A DNA stretch of 64,000 nucleotides from Planctomycetota bacterium (GTDB taxonomy: Bacteria; Planctomycetota; UBA1135; UBA2386), in assembly GCA_947501605.1 (NCBI GenBank), contig CANMWZ010000006.1:22897-86896 (forward strand). Direction: 5' to 3'. Positions within the stretch are counted from its first letter, which is position 1; the number at the start of each line of letters is the position of its first letter. The notes under the pieces were generated by a model. It was given only the letters and a program-made list of their open reading frames with translations, had not been told where the DNA came from and ran no database searches. The position numbers were made by a program, and so were the translations under genes. Below, piece by piece: positions 9,361 through 17,787 of the stretch.

Positions 9361-10322
9361 GCGACACAACCCGCCTGCTGCTGCTGGCGATACCACTCCA
9401 CGAAGCGACGAAGGCCGTCTTTGACCGGAGTCGTGCACCGGTAGCCGAGTTCGCGCTCGGCCAGCGAAATGTCGGCGAAGGTGATCGGCACGTCACCGGG
9501 CTGGTCTGGCAGGCGATGGAGCAGCGCCTTGCTGGCAAGCGCGTGCTCCAGCGCGGCGACCAACTCGCTCAACGAGGTCGTGGCCGAACCGCCGAGGTTG
9601 TAGATCGAATAGCCCTTGGCTCGATCCAGCGATGCAACAACGCCGCTGACGATGTCGGCAACGTAGGTGTAGTCGCGTCGGCTCTCGCCATCGCCGAAGA
9701 ACGGCAGCGCCTTGCCGGTGCTGATGCAGCGCGCAAAATGGTGGATCGCCATCTCGGGCCGCTGACGCGGGCCGTAGACCGTGAAGAAGCGCAGGCACGT
9801 AACCGGATTGCCGTGCAAGTGGTGCCACGCGTGGCAGATCACTTCGCCGGCCTTCTTGCTGGCTGCGTACGGCGATACCGGTCGATCGACGGCATCGGCC
9901 TCAGCAAACGGAACCTTGGTGTTGCCGCCGTAGACCGACGAGCTGCTGCCGAACACGAAGGGAATCGCCTTGCTGTCGATCTGCTGCATCAGCACTTGCG
10001 TGCCGGTGACATTGACGTCCATGTAGCGGACGGGGTCGGCGATCGATGGTCGAACGCCGGCGAGAGCCGCGAGGTGAATCACACCGTCACAGCCGCGCAG
10101 CGCCTGCTGGCACGTGCGCGCATCGCGAATATCGCCCAGCTGGAACGAGAACCGCTCGCCGCCCGCGGCGGTGAGCAACGCGAGATTCTTCTGCTTCAGC
10201 GCTGGGTCGTAGAAAGGATCGAGATTGTCGAGCACCTGGACCGCATCGCCGCGGGCCAGAAGACGTTCACATAGATGGGAGCCGATGAAACCGGCGCCGC
10301 CAGTAACGAGGATACGTTGCAC
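9357..10322 (-). CDS. NAD-dependent epimerase/dehydratase (SDR, UDP-sugar epimerase/decarboxylase-like)
   Basis: 321 aa with 'MQRILVTGGAGFIGSHLCERLL' and a catalytic 'YAASKKAGE' (YxxxK). First gene of the minus-strand polysaccharide operon. Confidence 0.9.
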   Translation of the reverse strand: MQRILVTGGAGFIGSHLCERLLARGDAVQVLDNLDPFYDPALKQKNLALLTAAGGERFSFQLGDIRDARTCQQALRGCDGVIHLAALAGVRPSIADPVRYMDVNVTGTQVLMQQIDSKAIPFVFGSSSSVYGGNTKVPFAEADAVDRPVSPYAASKKAGEVICHAWHHLHGNPVTCLRFFTVYGPRQRPEMAIHHFARCISTGKALPFFGDGESRRDYTYVADIVSGVVASLDRAKGYSIYNLGGSATTSLSELVAALEHALASKALLHRLPDQPGDVPITFADISLAERELGYRCTTPVKDGLRRFVEWYRQQQQAGCVA

Positions 10323-10416
10323 AATGGTTCTCCGAAGGGCGGGGGTGAGCCGCGAAGCCGGAAAGACCTACGCTAGGAACGGAGCTACGTCCAGCCACCC
10401 CTACTGCGAAGTTCCT

Positions 10417-10529
10417 CTGCGCCTTAGCGGCTCACGGCCGATCACTGCGCCGCAGCCAGCCGATCTCTGCGCCGCAGCCAGAAGGAGAGCCAAGCCAGCC
10501 AGACGGGGAGCCAAGCCAACAAGAGAGCC
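10417..10529. repeat. Phased short direct repeats in the intergenic region upstream of the polysaccharide operon
   Basis: 'CTGCGCC' occurs at 10417, 10445 and 10467; the last two extend to 'CTGCGCCGCAGCCAG' with a 22-nt period. 'GAGCCAAGCCA' occurs at 10487 and 10508 (21-nt period), with 'GAGCC' again at 10525. Confidence 0.5.
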
Positions 10530-10556
10530 GAAAGGAGAAAAGCCTCCTCCGACGAC

Positions 10557-11228
10557 TCAGGGCGTCAGCAGGCCTTCGCGAATCGCAATGCGAGCGATCT
10601 CGGCGGCCGAATGGATATTGAGCTTGCGCTGCAGGTTCTCGCGGTGCTTCTTCACAGTGCCGAGGGAGATCTTGAGGATGCCGGCCACTTCCTTGTTGGC
10701 TTTCCCCACCGCGATCAACTGGAAGACTTCGCGTTCACGCACGGTCAGCCCGGACAGACTGCGGGCCGCCAAATCTGGCCCGCCTGCTGCATCGGCCGGA
10801 GCGGGACCCAAGAACGAAGCCGCGACGCGCGGGGTCACGAACGATTCGCCGCCGTGAATGGACTCGATCGCCGGCGCCAGTTCGCGCGGGTCCGAGGACT
10901 TCGTGATGTAGCCGTCGGCGCCGGCGCGCAGCGCCTGGAACACGAACTCGCGACTCTCGTGCTGCGAAGCAATCAGCACCTTGCTCGGCGCCGACGCCTT
11001 CTTGATCGGCGCAACCGCGTCGAGGCCCGACAGGCCCGGCATTCGAATGTCGAGGATGACGACCTGCGGCTTGAGCCGACCGATCTGATCGATCGCATCG
11101 CGCGCATCCCCTGCTTCGCCGACCACTTCGAAGGCTCCCGTCTTCTCGAGCAGTGCTCGCAATCCGGCGCGAACTAGAGACTCGTCGTCGACCAAGAAGA
11201 TCGTGATGGCTGGCCGTACCTCGGTCAT
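10557..11228 (-). CDS. Two-component response regulator, NarL/FixJ (LuxR-type HTH) family
   Basis: Receiver 'ITIFLVDDESLVRAGL...VVILDIRMPGLSG' plus C-terminal HTH 'LTVREREVFQLIAVGKANKEVAGILKISLGTVKKHRENLQRKL'. Start taken at the internal Met; the ORF track starts at 11285. Confidence 0.9.
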   Translation of the reverse strand: MTEVRPAITIFLVDDESLVRAGLRALLEKTGAFEVVGEAGDARDAIDQIGRLKPQVVILDIRMPGLSGLDAVAPIKKASAPSKVLIASQHESREFVFQALRAGADGYITKSSDPRELAPAIESIHGGESFVTPRVAASFLGPAPADAAGGPDLAARSLSGLTVREREVFQLIAVGKANKEVAGILKISLGTVKKHRENLQRKLNIHSAAEIARIAIREGLLTP

Positions 11229-11308
11229 AACTTCTTTGCTACTCTCAAGACTCGTCTCGTTGGTCACGCACGCCCTCCAGAGCAAGACCGCAGAATCGAA
11301 GCGAACTC

Positions 11309-11352
11309 ATGCTCAAAATGCTACCTGAATGCTACTTAGAATCCCGAGTAGC
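11309..11352 (-). promoter_or_regulatory. Candidate operator/promoter region upstream of the response regulator gene
   Basis: Locally AT-richer stretch. 'AATGCTAC' occurs at 11317 and 11328 (11-nt period), with an extra 'ATGCT' at 11309. An inverted repeat GCTACT(11331-36)/AGTAGC(11347-52) follows. Confidence 0.25.
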
Positions 11353-11550
11353 TCATCAGCTCGAGACCACGACAGGGTCGGAGTGGACCCAGTCCGACAT
11401 GGCAGCAGCGGTCAGGTCCCTGACAGGAATCCTCGCGCCCGCGAACGAGACGGAGACTTCCCGGCCGTAACTCGCACGCTCCCGACCTCGTCGCTAGCGC
11501 GCGTCGAGCAATGCGCGCCAACGCCTGGGTCGATGCTCTGCGAGGCCCGA

Positions 11551-12282
11551 TCAGCCGCGCGGCAAGGTGAACCAGGCGATGGTGCCGCCGCCGTCGCGCG
11601 CACGCAGTCCAAGTTCGCCACCGTGGCGGACGACTACCCGCCGCGAAGTGGCGAGCGACAGCCCCACGCCTGGGATCGAATCCCACGCGTGCAGCCGCTC
11701 GAAAGCCCCGCACACCCGCGCGCGCTGCTCCGCGGACAGGCCGATCCCGCGGTCTGCGATCTCAAACCGCCATGCCTCGCCTTGCGGCACCGCCGACACC
11801 AGCACGCGCGCCGGCACTTCGCGGGTGTAGCGAACCGCATTGTCGAGCAAGGAAACGAACACCCGCCGCAGCAGTCCGGTGTCGCCGTGCACCGTTGGCA
11901 GCGGCGCCATCACCTCGACGACGGCGCGCTCGAAGCGCGGTTCGCTAGCACGGAGGCCAGCCTGCGCCTCAGCGCACACGAGGCCGGAGTCGACTGCGAC
12001 CATCGTCGACACTGGCAGGTCTGCATCGACGAACTCGACGCAGGCGCGGACGATGCGCGTCGCCCTCTCGGTGGCAGTCAGGGCTTGGTCCAGCAGCCGA
12101 GCAAGATTGTCGTGGGCCCCGCCGTCGCGCGCCGCCGCCAGCAGCATCGTCAGTCCGGACAGCGGCGTCAGGAGTTCGTGGCGAGCACTGTGGGCAAAGT
12201 TCGAGCAGTCGCGAAGCCGCAGCAGGTCGTCGGGTTCTGGGTTCATCGGTATCGAGCCAGACATAGGTATCGAGCGAGACAA
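11551..12282 (-). CDS. Histidine kinase (HisKA + HATPase_c only; no TM or sensor domain)
   Basis: H-box 'HSARHELLTPLSGL', N-box 'LLDNAVRYT', G-boxes 'DRGIGL' and 'GVGLSLA'. At most 243 aa. Three in-frame candidate starts (12282 TTG, 12264 ATG, 12246 ATG). Confidence 0.75.
   Translation of the reverse strand: MSRSIPMSGSIPMNPEPDDLLRLRDCSNFAHSARHELLTPLSGLTMLLAAARDGGAHDNLARLLDQALTATERATRIVRACVEFVDADLPVSTMVAVDSGLVCAEAQAGLRASEPRFERAVVEVMAPLPTVHGDTGLLRRVFVSLLDNAVRYTREVPARVLVSAVPQGEAWRFEIADRGIGLSAEQRARVCGAFERLHAWDSIPGVGLSLATSRRVVVRHGGELGLRARDGGGTIAWFTLPRG
12247..12282. repeat. Imperfect 18-nt tandem duplication at the 5' end of the histidine kinase ORF
   Basis: 'cggtatcgagccagacat' is followed by 'aggtatcgagcgagacaa'. 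This encodes the duplicated 'S(R/G)SIPM' and duplicates the start-codon context. Confidence 0.6.
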
Positions 12283-12520
12283 TCAAGCGCCGGCACGCCG
12301 CGTTGTGGCCAACAGCATGCCGACGCCGGGCAGCTTCGCATTCGCCAGTCGCGCGCAACAGCAGGCGGCCAATTTCTTGATCGCGGCGGCTCGCTTGCGC
12401 CCACACTCGCGAGCGCGACCATCAGCCCGGGGCAACGACCGCAGCCATCGCTCTCAGCCTGCTGAAGAATGGCTCCGTCGCCGAGGGCTCGGGATCTGGT
12501 TCGAGATCAAGGAGCGAGCG

Positions 12521-12544
12521 GCGTCGAATCTGCAGATTCGACGC
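12521..12544. repeat. Perfect 24-nt palindrome (hairpin or dimeric-protein operator)
   Basis: GCGTCGAATCTGCAGATTCGACGC is its own reverse complement. Flanks cgagc/gctcg extend the pairing after one mismatch. Lies in the 460-nt gap between the CBS gene and the kinase gene. Confidence 0.6.
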
Positions 12545-12742
12545 AGCTCGTGCGCCGCAGAGATCGGACCAGTTACCGCAGCCGCAGGCAGGATGCGCTC
12601 TGCAACAGGCAGTTAGGCGACGCGAGCAGACAAAGCCGCACCGTCTTTCGCATCCGCGCCAAGGCCGTGACCTGGCCCTGAGTGGCGCGCCGAGCAACGG
12701 GTGAAGGCTCGAATCGCCGCCGATCGCCGACGGCAATCGGCT

Positions 12743-13279
12743 TCACTTCTGCGGCGTCAACGGGCGAGCAGGCGAGGGCGGAGTCCCGACCGTCGGCCGC
12801 GCCGGCACGATGACGGCTGCGGTTTGGGCCGTGGCCGAAACAGCTTTGGGAACTGCGCAGATCCCGCTCAGCGTTTGCACCAACTCGCGACCGACCTGCG
12901 CATCCTGGATCGCAACATTGGCGAGATCGGCGAGCGACAGCATGCCGACGAGCATGCCCTTGCCATCCACCACCGGCAGCCGGCGCACGCGGCGAGCGCG
13001 CATGGTCGCCGTTGCAGTCGCAACATCGTCGCCCTCGCGGCAGACCGCGAGATCCTGCGACATCGAATCGCGCACGGCGATGTCGGCCAACCGCAGGCCC
13101 TTGGTGTATGCCGCCATGCAGATGTCCCGGTCGGTCAGCAGCGCCTGCACGGCGCCCTTCGCGTCGATGACCGCCAATGCGCCACAGTCGTGCTCCCACA
13201 ACAAGTGCGCGGCGTGTTCGAGCGAGTCCTGCGGGTTGCAGGTCGTGGCCGGTGAAGTCATCAGTTCGCGAACGCGCAT
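12743..13279 (-). CDS. CBS domain pair protein
   Basis: 'MRVRELMTSPATTCNPQDSLEHAAHLLWEHDCGALAVID' and a second CBS 'VRDSMSQDLAVCREGDDVATATATMRARRVRRLPVVDGKGMLVGMLSLADL'. Pro/Ala-rich tail. Confidence 0.8.
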   Translation of the reverse strand: MRVRELMTSPATTCNPQDSLEHAAHLLWEHDCGALAVIDAKGAVQALLTDRDICMAAYTKGLRLADIAVRDSMSQDLAVCREGDDVATATATMRARRVRRLPVVDGKGMLVGMLSLADLANVAIQDAQVGRELVQTLSGICAVPKAVSATAQTAAVIVPARPTVGTPPSPARPLTPQK

Positions 13280-13613
13280 AGCTAGCTCCTCCGGGGCGCA
13301 CGCGGACATCGCGCAACACTCCCCAGGGCACGGATCATGCGCCGACGCTGGCCGATCTCGTTACGGATTGCGCCCAAGCCTGACTCCATAGGTGGGCGCT
13401 GGCAACGTCACCGCCGGCGCCGTCACAGTGCGAACTCGGGCTGATGCCGTCGTGCCCCTGGTCTCACACCACCGAGTCGAACCCAGCATGCCTGCTGAGC
13501 GGTCTGCCGGCCCAGCGTCGCCGCGGCCGCGATCTAGCGTAGTTCGTTCGGCCGGATGGCGGTCGAACACCAGCTACAGAGTACTCCGGCAACAGTCCGT
13601 ATCGTGCGCCCCT

Positions 13614-14489
13614 ATGAACCACGCCCTGCTCCTCGCCGCCGCGACTGTTCTCGCTGGTGGCACCGCCGCGTTGACCACGACCCTGCTGGCTCCGACGGCA
13701 GGCCCCCTCACTCCCGCCACCGATCCAGAGATCCTCGCCCTTCGTGGCCGGGTCGATGACTTGAAGAAAGAGCTCGACGAAGTGCGCGCACGGCCCAATG
13801 CGAGCGTCGCCGAGGCCGCTGCCGGCAGTACCGAACGGGTCGTCGCCCCTGCGGTGACCGAGACGCAGATCGACGAAGCCGTTCGCCGCTGGTTCGTTGC
13901 CAACGGCAGTGCCGCGGCGACCCTCAGTGACGGCGGCGCCAAGCAAGCCGGTGTCGACGTCGCCACCAGCCTCAAAGGGCTGCGGGGCAAGAGCGACTAC
14001 TGGTCGAACGCTGAGCTCTACAAGAAGCTGTTCGAAGCCGGGCTGATGGACGAGCTCATCGAAGAGTTCGAGATCGCAGCCGAAGGCGCACCTGGCGACC
14101 CGCAGGCGCAGATGGACCTCGGCAACGCCTACCTCGCGCACCTCCAGCTCGACCAGAGCAAGTGGCCGCTGTCGCAGAAGGCCGATGCCGCCTTCGACAA
14201 GGTCCTCGCCATCGACGAGCACCACTGGTCGGCGCGATTCACCAAGGCCATGAGCTACACGTTCTGGCCCGACTTCCTTGGCAAGAAGAAGGAAGCGATC
14301 TCGCACTTCGAGCGGCTCGTCGCGCAGCAGGATACGATGCCAGTGCAGGGCCATGAAGCGAACACCTACGTGTTCCTCGGCAACCTGCTCGAGCAGCGCG
14401 GTGAGACGGACAAGGCGCGGGCGACCTGGGAACGCGGCCTGCGCCGTCATCCCGACGACGCGCAGTTGCGCCAGAAACTCGGCCGCTGA
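13614..14489 (+). CDS. Membrane-anchored helical-repeat (TPR-like) protein, function unknown
   Basis: Internal Met gives 'MNHALLLAAATVLAGGTAALTTTLLA' (TM/signal anchor). Has a coiled-coil stretch and a C-terminal TPR-like 'GNAYLAHLQLDQ...FLGNLLEQRGETDKARATWERGLRRHPDD'. Confidence 0.6.
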   Translation: MNHALLLAAATVLAGGTAALTTTLLAPTAGPLTPATDPEILALRGRVDDLKKELDEVRARPNASVAEAAAGSTERVVAPAVTETQIDEAVRRWFVANGSAAATLSDGGAKQAGVDVATSLKGLRGKSDYWSNAELYKKLFEAGLMDELIEEFEIAAEGAPGDPQAQMDLGNAYLAHLQLDQSKWPLSQKADAAFDKVLAIDEHHWSARFTKAMSYTFWPDFLGKKKEAISHFERLVAQQDTMPVQGHEANTYVFLGNLLEQRGETDKARATWERGLRRHPDDAQLRQKLGR

Positions 14490-14496
14490 GCCGAGC

Positions 14497-15894
14497 TCAG
14501 CGCTGCCGCGCGGCGCCTTCGACCTGCTCGAGGTACTTCTGCCACGCTTCCTTCGGCTGGAGTTCGACGGCACGGCGCAGCAACGGCAGCGCCTCCTGGT
14601 ACTTGCCTTGCCGCACCAGCAATTGGCCGTGGCCGAGCTTTGCCTGTGCCTCGAAGGCGGCCACTGACGCAGCGCGCTCGAACTCGAAGATCGCTTGCTC
14701 GATGTTGCCCTTGCGATCGTGGAAGCGCGCCAGCAGCACGAGCGAGCCACCATCGAGTGGATCGAGCTCGACGAGCTTCTGCAGGACGGCCGCCTCTTCG
14801 TCCCCGGCCCCCATAGCGACGGCGATGCCCGCGCGCAGATTCAAGACGGCCTTGCGATCCTCGACCCCCAAGTCCTTTCGCTTCTGCTCGATGCCATCGA
14901 CGAGCGCGCGGGCCTCGGTGAGCGCTCCTGCCGCGTTCATGAACTTGGCCGCACGGAGTGCCCGATCGACCTTGGTCTTGTCGCTGGCCACCAACGCACC
15001 GAGGTACGCAGTGACCGCGAGATCGAACAACTGCTGGCTGGCGTAGAGATCGCCGAGGTTGTTGAGAACCGCCGGACTCGCCGCCGACAGCCGCGAGACC
15101 ATCTCGAACGACTCAATCGCTCGCATCGGCTCACCAAGCATCGCCTGGGCTTCGCCTTCGAAGCGCCAGAGATCGGCGCGTTCAGGGTGCTGATCGACGA
15201 GCGACCGAAACAACGATGAGGCGTCAGCAAACCGGCGCTGGCGGAACAGGCTCTCGGCAAGGCCCATCTTCCAATCAACGACTTCGGGCGCGAGTAGGCT
15301 GGCCATCCGAAACGCAGACTCAGCGGCGATGTCGTCGCCGACCCGCGCGTGGCAGACGCCTACGAGGCCATAGACGACGGCGTCGCCGCCACCGAGTTCG
15401 ATCACGCGTGCGAAGGCACGGCGCGCCTTCTGGAACTCGCCGCTGCGATAGTAGATCTGGCCCAGGTTTGCCCAGGCGCGGCGGAACTTGGGCCACTTGG
15501 CAACTGCGGTTTCGTAGGCCGCACCAGCCTCCGGCGCTCGCTCCCGTTGGTAGTGGATGTTGCCGATTGTGAAGTCGAACACCGCCGACGACTCCGGTTT
15601 CGCCAGGTCCTTCAGCGACACCAGAGCTTCGTCGAGTTTCTCGGCCGCGATCAACTGCATCGCTTGCGTGAGACCCTCGCGTTCCGCCGGTTCGACCTTG
15701 GGCTCGATGTCGCGGTCAGCGACGTAACTCTCTGCCAAGCGGCGCAAGAAGTCGGGCCCCTGGAGAACTGCGCGCTCGGCATCCGTGAGTTCGCGCGGAC
15801 GCGGCGAGAGCTCGACGGCTGGCACCTCCTGCGCGAACAGCGGTGCGGAGAACACAGCGACCAACAAGGTGCAGGCGAGTCGAAGACGGTTCAT
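14497..15894 (-). CDS. TPR-repeat protein, TtpD-like terminal gene of a TonB2-type cluster
   Basis: Signal peptide 'MNRLRLACTLLVAVFSAPLFAQE' and multiple TPR-like repeats. Starts 2 nt after the tonB stop. Position matches TtpD in Vibrio TonB2 loci. Confidence 0.75.
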   Translation of the reverse strand: MNRLRLACTLLVAVFSAPLFAQEVPAVELSPRPRELTDAERAVLQGPDFLRRLAESYVADRDIEPKVEPAEREGLTQAMQLIAAEKLDEALVSLKDLAKPESSAVFDFTIGNIHYQRERAPEAGAAYETAVAKWPKFRRAWANLGQIYYRSGEFQKARRAFARVIELGGGDAVVYGLVGVCHARVGDDIAAESAFRMASLLAPEVVDWKMGLAESLFRQRRFADASSLFRSLVDQHPERADLWRFEGEAQAMLGEPMRAIESFEMVSRLSAASPAVLNNLGDLYASQQLFDLAVTAYLGALVASDKTKVDRALRAAKFMNAAGALTEARALVDGIEQKRKDLGVEDRKAVLNLRAGIAVAMGAGDEEAAVLQKLVELDPLDGGSLVLLARFHDRKGNIEQAIFEFERAASVAAFEAQAKLGHGQLLVRQGKYQEALPLLRRAVELQPKEAWQKYLEQVEGAARQR

Positions 15895-15896
15895 GG

Positions 15897-16571
15897 CTAC
15901 TTGTCCGGGAACGTGATGGGCTGCCGCATGCGGAAGCGGACGGGTTGGCCCTTCCGCTTGCCGGGTTCGAACTTCCACTTCTTGATCGCATCGAGCGCGG
16001 CTCGATCGAAGACAGGATCCGGCGACTGCTGCACCACGGGGTTCTGTACGCGACCGTCCTCGTCGACGACGAAGACGACGTACACTGTGCCCGGCGCCTT
16101 GCGGCGGATCTGCGGCGTCATCTGTGGGTTGTGCGGGTAGACGACGCGCGGCTGCTGGTCGAGGTCAGCGACACTGAAGAGACCGGTGCTGTCGTCCGCA
16201 CTGTCGCCACCGCCGCGGTTGAGTTTGATGGCGAAGTCCGCCGTGCTCCAGCCGCCACCAACGCCGGGGTTGAGCGCCAACTCAAGCTGCGACAGGTCGA
16301 GCGGCGGCGCATCGGGCTGCATCTCCGGCGGTTTTTCGTCAGCCTCTGGCGGCTTGTCCTCTTCGACTTCGGGCGGCGGCGGCGGCGGTGGTGGTGGCAG
16401 CGCGACCGTGTCGACGCTGCGCAGCAGGGTGTCCGCTGCCGGCGTTGACGCAATCGCTTCGATCAGCGGCAACACCAGGAAGCATGCGATCGTCAAGGCC
16501 GTGGCACCTAGCGTCGTGCCCACGGCTCGGCGCATTCGTCCAGCCAATCTGCGTCGTTCTCGTTGCCCCAC
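15897..16571 (-). CDS. tonB: Energy transducer TonB
   Basis: N-terminal TM and a Pro-rich spacer 'PPPPPPPPPEVEEDKPPEADEKPPEMQPDAPP'. C-terminal TonB_C 'GTVYVVFVVDEDGRVQNPVVQQSPDPVFDRAALDAIKKWKFEPGKRKGQPV'. Confidence 0.85.
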   Translation of the reverse strand: MGQRERRRLAGRMRRAVGTTLGATALTIACFLVLPLIEAIASTPAADTLLRSVDTVALPPPPPPPPPEVEEDKPPEADEKPPEMQPDAPPLDLSQLELALNPGVGGGWSTADFAIKLNRGGGDSADDSTGLFSVADLDQQPRVVYPHNPQMTPQIRRKAPGTVYVVFVVDEDGRVQNPVVQQSPDPVFDRAALDAIKKWKFEPGKRKGQPVRFRMRQPITFPDK

Positions 16572-16582
16572 GTTGGATTTCC

Positions 16583-17005
16583 TCAGTTGCCGCTGGGCTT
16601 GCTGGTGGCAAGACTGACCTTCTGCGCACCGCCGAGCTTGGCCTCGTCGATCACGCGAACGAGCAGGCCGGTCGGCGCAGTCTCGTCTGCCTGGACGATG
16701 ACGGGGATGTCGCTCTCCTTTTGCAGCAGGCGGCGAACAACAGCGCGGACCGAGCCGATGCCGATGTCGCGCTTGTCGTAGACAACCTCGCCCTTTGCCG
16801 TGAGCGCAATCATGATGCTGGTCTTCTCCAACTGAACGGCAGACGCAGCTTGTGGCTTGTCGACCTCCACGCCGGTCTCCTCCACAAAGGTGGTGGTGAC
16901 GATGAAGAAGATCAGCAGGATGAAGACACAGTCGATCAGTGGCGACAGGTCGATGCCTGCGCCGTCGCCGTCGTCTTCGTTCATCGATTCGCGGAATCGT
17001 CCCAT
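16583..17005 (-). CDS. exbD: Biopolymer transport protein ExbD/TolR
   Basis: 140 aa with 'IDLSPLIDCVFILLIFFIVTTTF', typical of ExbD. Confidence 0.9.
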   Translation of the reverse strand: MGRFRESMNEDDGDGAGIDLSPLIDCVFILLIFFIVTTTFVEETGVEVDKPQAASAVQLEKTSIMIALTAKGEVVYDKRDIGIGSVRAVVRRLLQKESDIPVIVQADETAPTGLLVRVIDEAKLGGAQKVSLATSKPSGN

Positions 17006-17038
17006 CGTCGTTCTCCAGTCAGATGTGCAGCGCGCAGG

Positions 17039-17755
17039 TCAGCGTGAGCCGCCTTGCGCACGAAGTTGTTGGGCGATCTCCGAGGCCACCTGCCTCTTGG
17101 CGCGTGCTGTAGCAACGCGCTTCAGTTGCATGGCCAAGCGACGATGCACAGTCTGCGTGCACACGGTCTCGAGATGCGCGAGGAACGCCTTGTACCGCTG
17201 CAACCTGCGGCTCGTCGCGTACTGGTAGAAGACACCCGGCAAGGCGATGACGAGTCCCGTTTCGGTCGTGATCAGGGCCTCGGAGATGCCACTCGCGATC
17301 TTCCCCATGGTCTGGTCGCCGCCAGAACCCGAAGCCAGGGCGTCAAACGTCGTCAGCATGCCTGTCACGGTGCCGAGCAACCCAAACAGGGGCGCCGCAC
17401 TCACCGCGACCTTCATCACCTTGAGATCGCGCTCGAACGGGGCCGTCTCTTCGACACGCACTTGGTCGAAGGCCTTGACGATTGCCTGGTCGCTCGGCAG
17501 CGACTGTCCCACGACGCGATCGAGCAATCGACCGATCGGGCCGTGACGATCGCGTGGATGGTCGATCCAGCTGCGCCAGGTCGATTCCGGAACACTGGTG
17601 AACCCCTTGCCCAACAGTGCAAGAAAGACATTGGTCCCCATGCCGAACACCGCCAGCGCGGTGACCGCGATCGGCCACATCGCCCACCCACCGGCAATCC
17701 AGATGACCGTGGCCTGGTCGATCAGTCGCAGCAGGGTTTCGTGTAGGAAGTCCAT
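17039..17755 (-). CDS. exbB: MotA/TolQ/ExbB proton-channel protein (ExbB)
   Basis: 238 aa with 'APLFGLLGTVTGMLTTFDAL...IASGISEALITTETGLVIALPGVFYQY'. Confidence 0.9.
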   Translation of the reverse strand: MDFLHETLLRLIDQATVIWIAGGWAMWPIAVTALAVFGMGTNVFLALLGKGFTSVPESTWRSWIDHPRDRHGPIGRLLDRVVGQSLPSDQAIVKAFDQVRVEETAPFERDLKVMKVAVSAAPLFGLLGTVTGMLTTFDALASGSGGDQTMGKIASGISEALITTETGLVIALPGVFYQYATSRRLQRYKAFLAHLETVCTQTVHRRLAMQLKRVATARAKRQVASEIAQQLRAQGGSR

Positions 17756-17787
17756 GGTCCTGGTGAGTGGAGATTGTCGCCAGGAGG

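Noticed and set aside
11325-11362. Hammerhead-ribozyme-like 'CUGAUGAG' followed by a 6-bp stem (GCUACU...AGUAGC) on the minus strand.
   Set aside because: After the stem the sequence is AUUCAGG, not the obligatory GAAA core. I could not build convincing stems I and III or find a cleavage-site context. It is more likely a promoter/operator inverted repeat.
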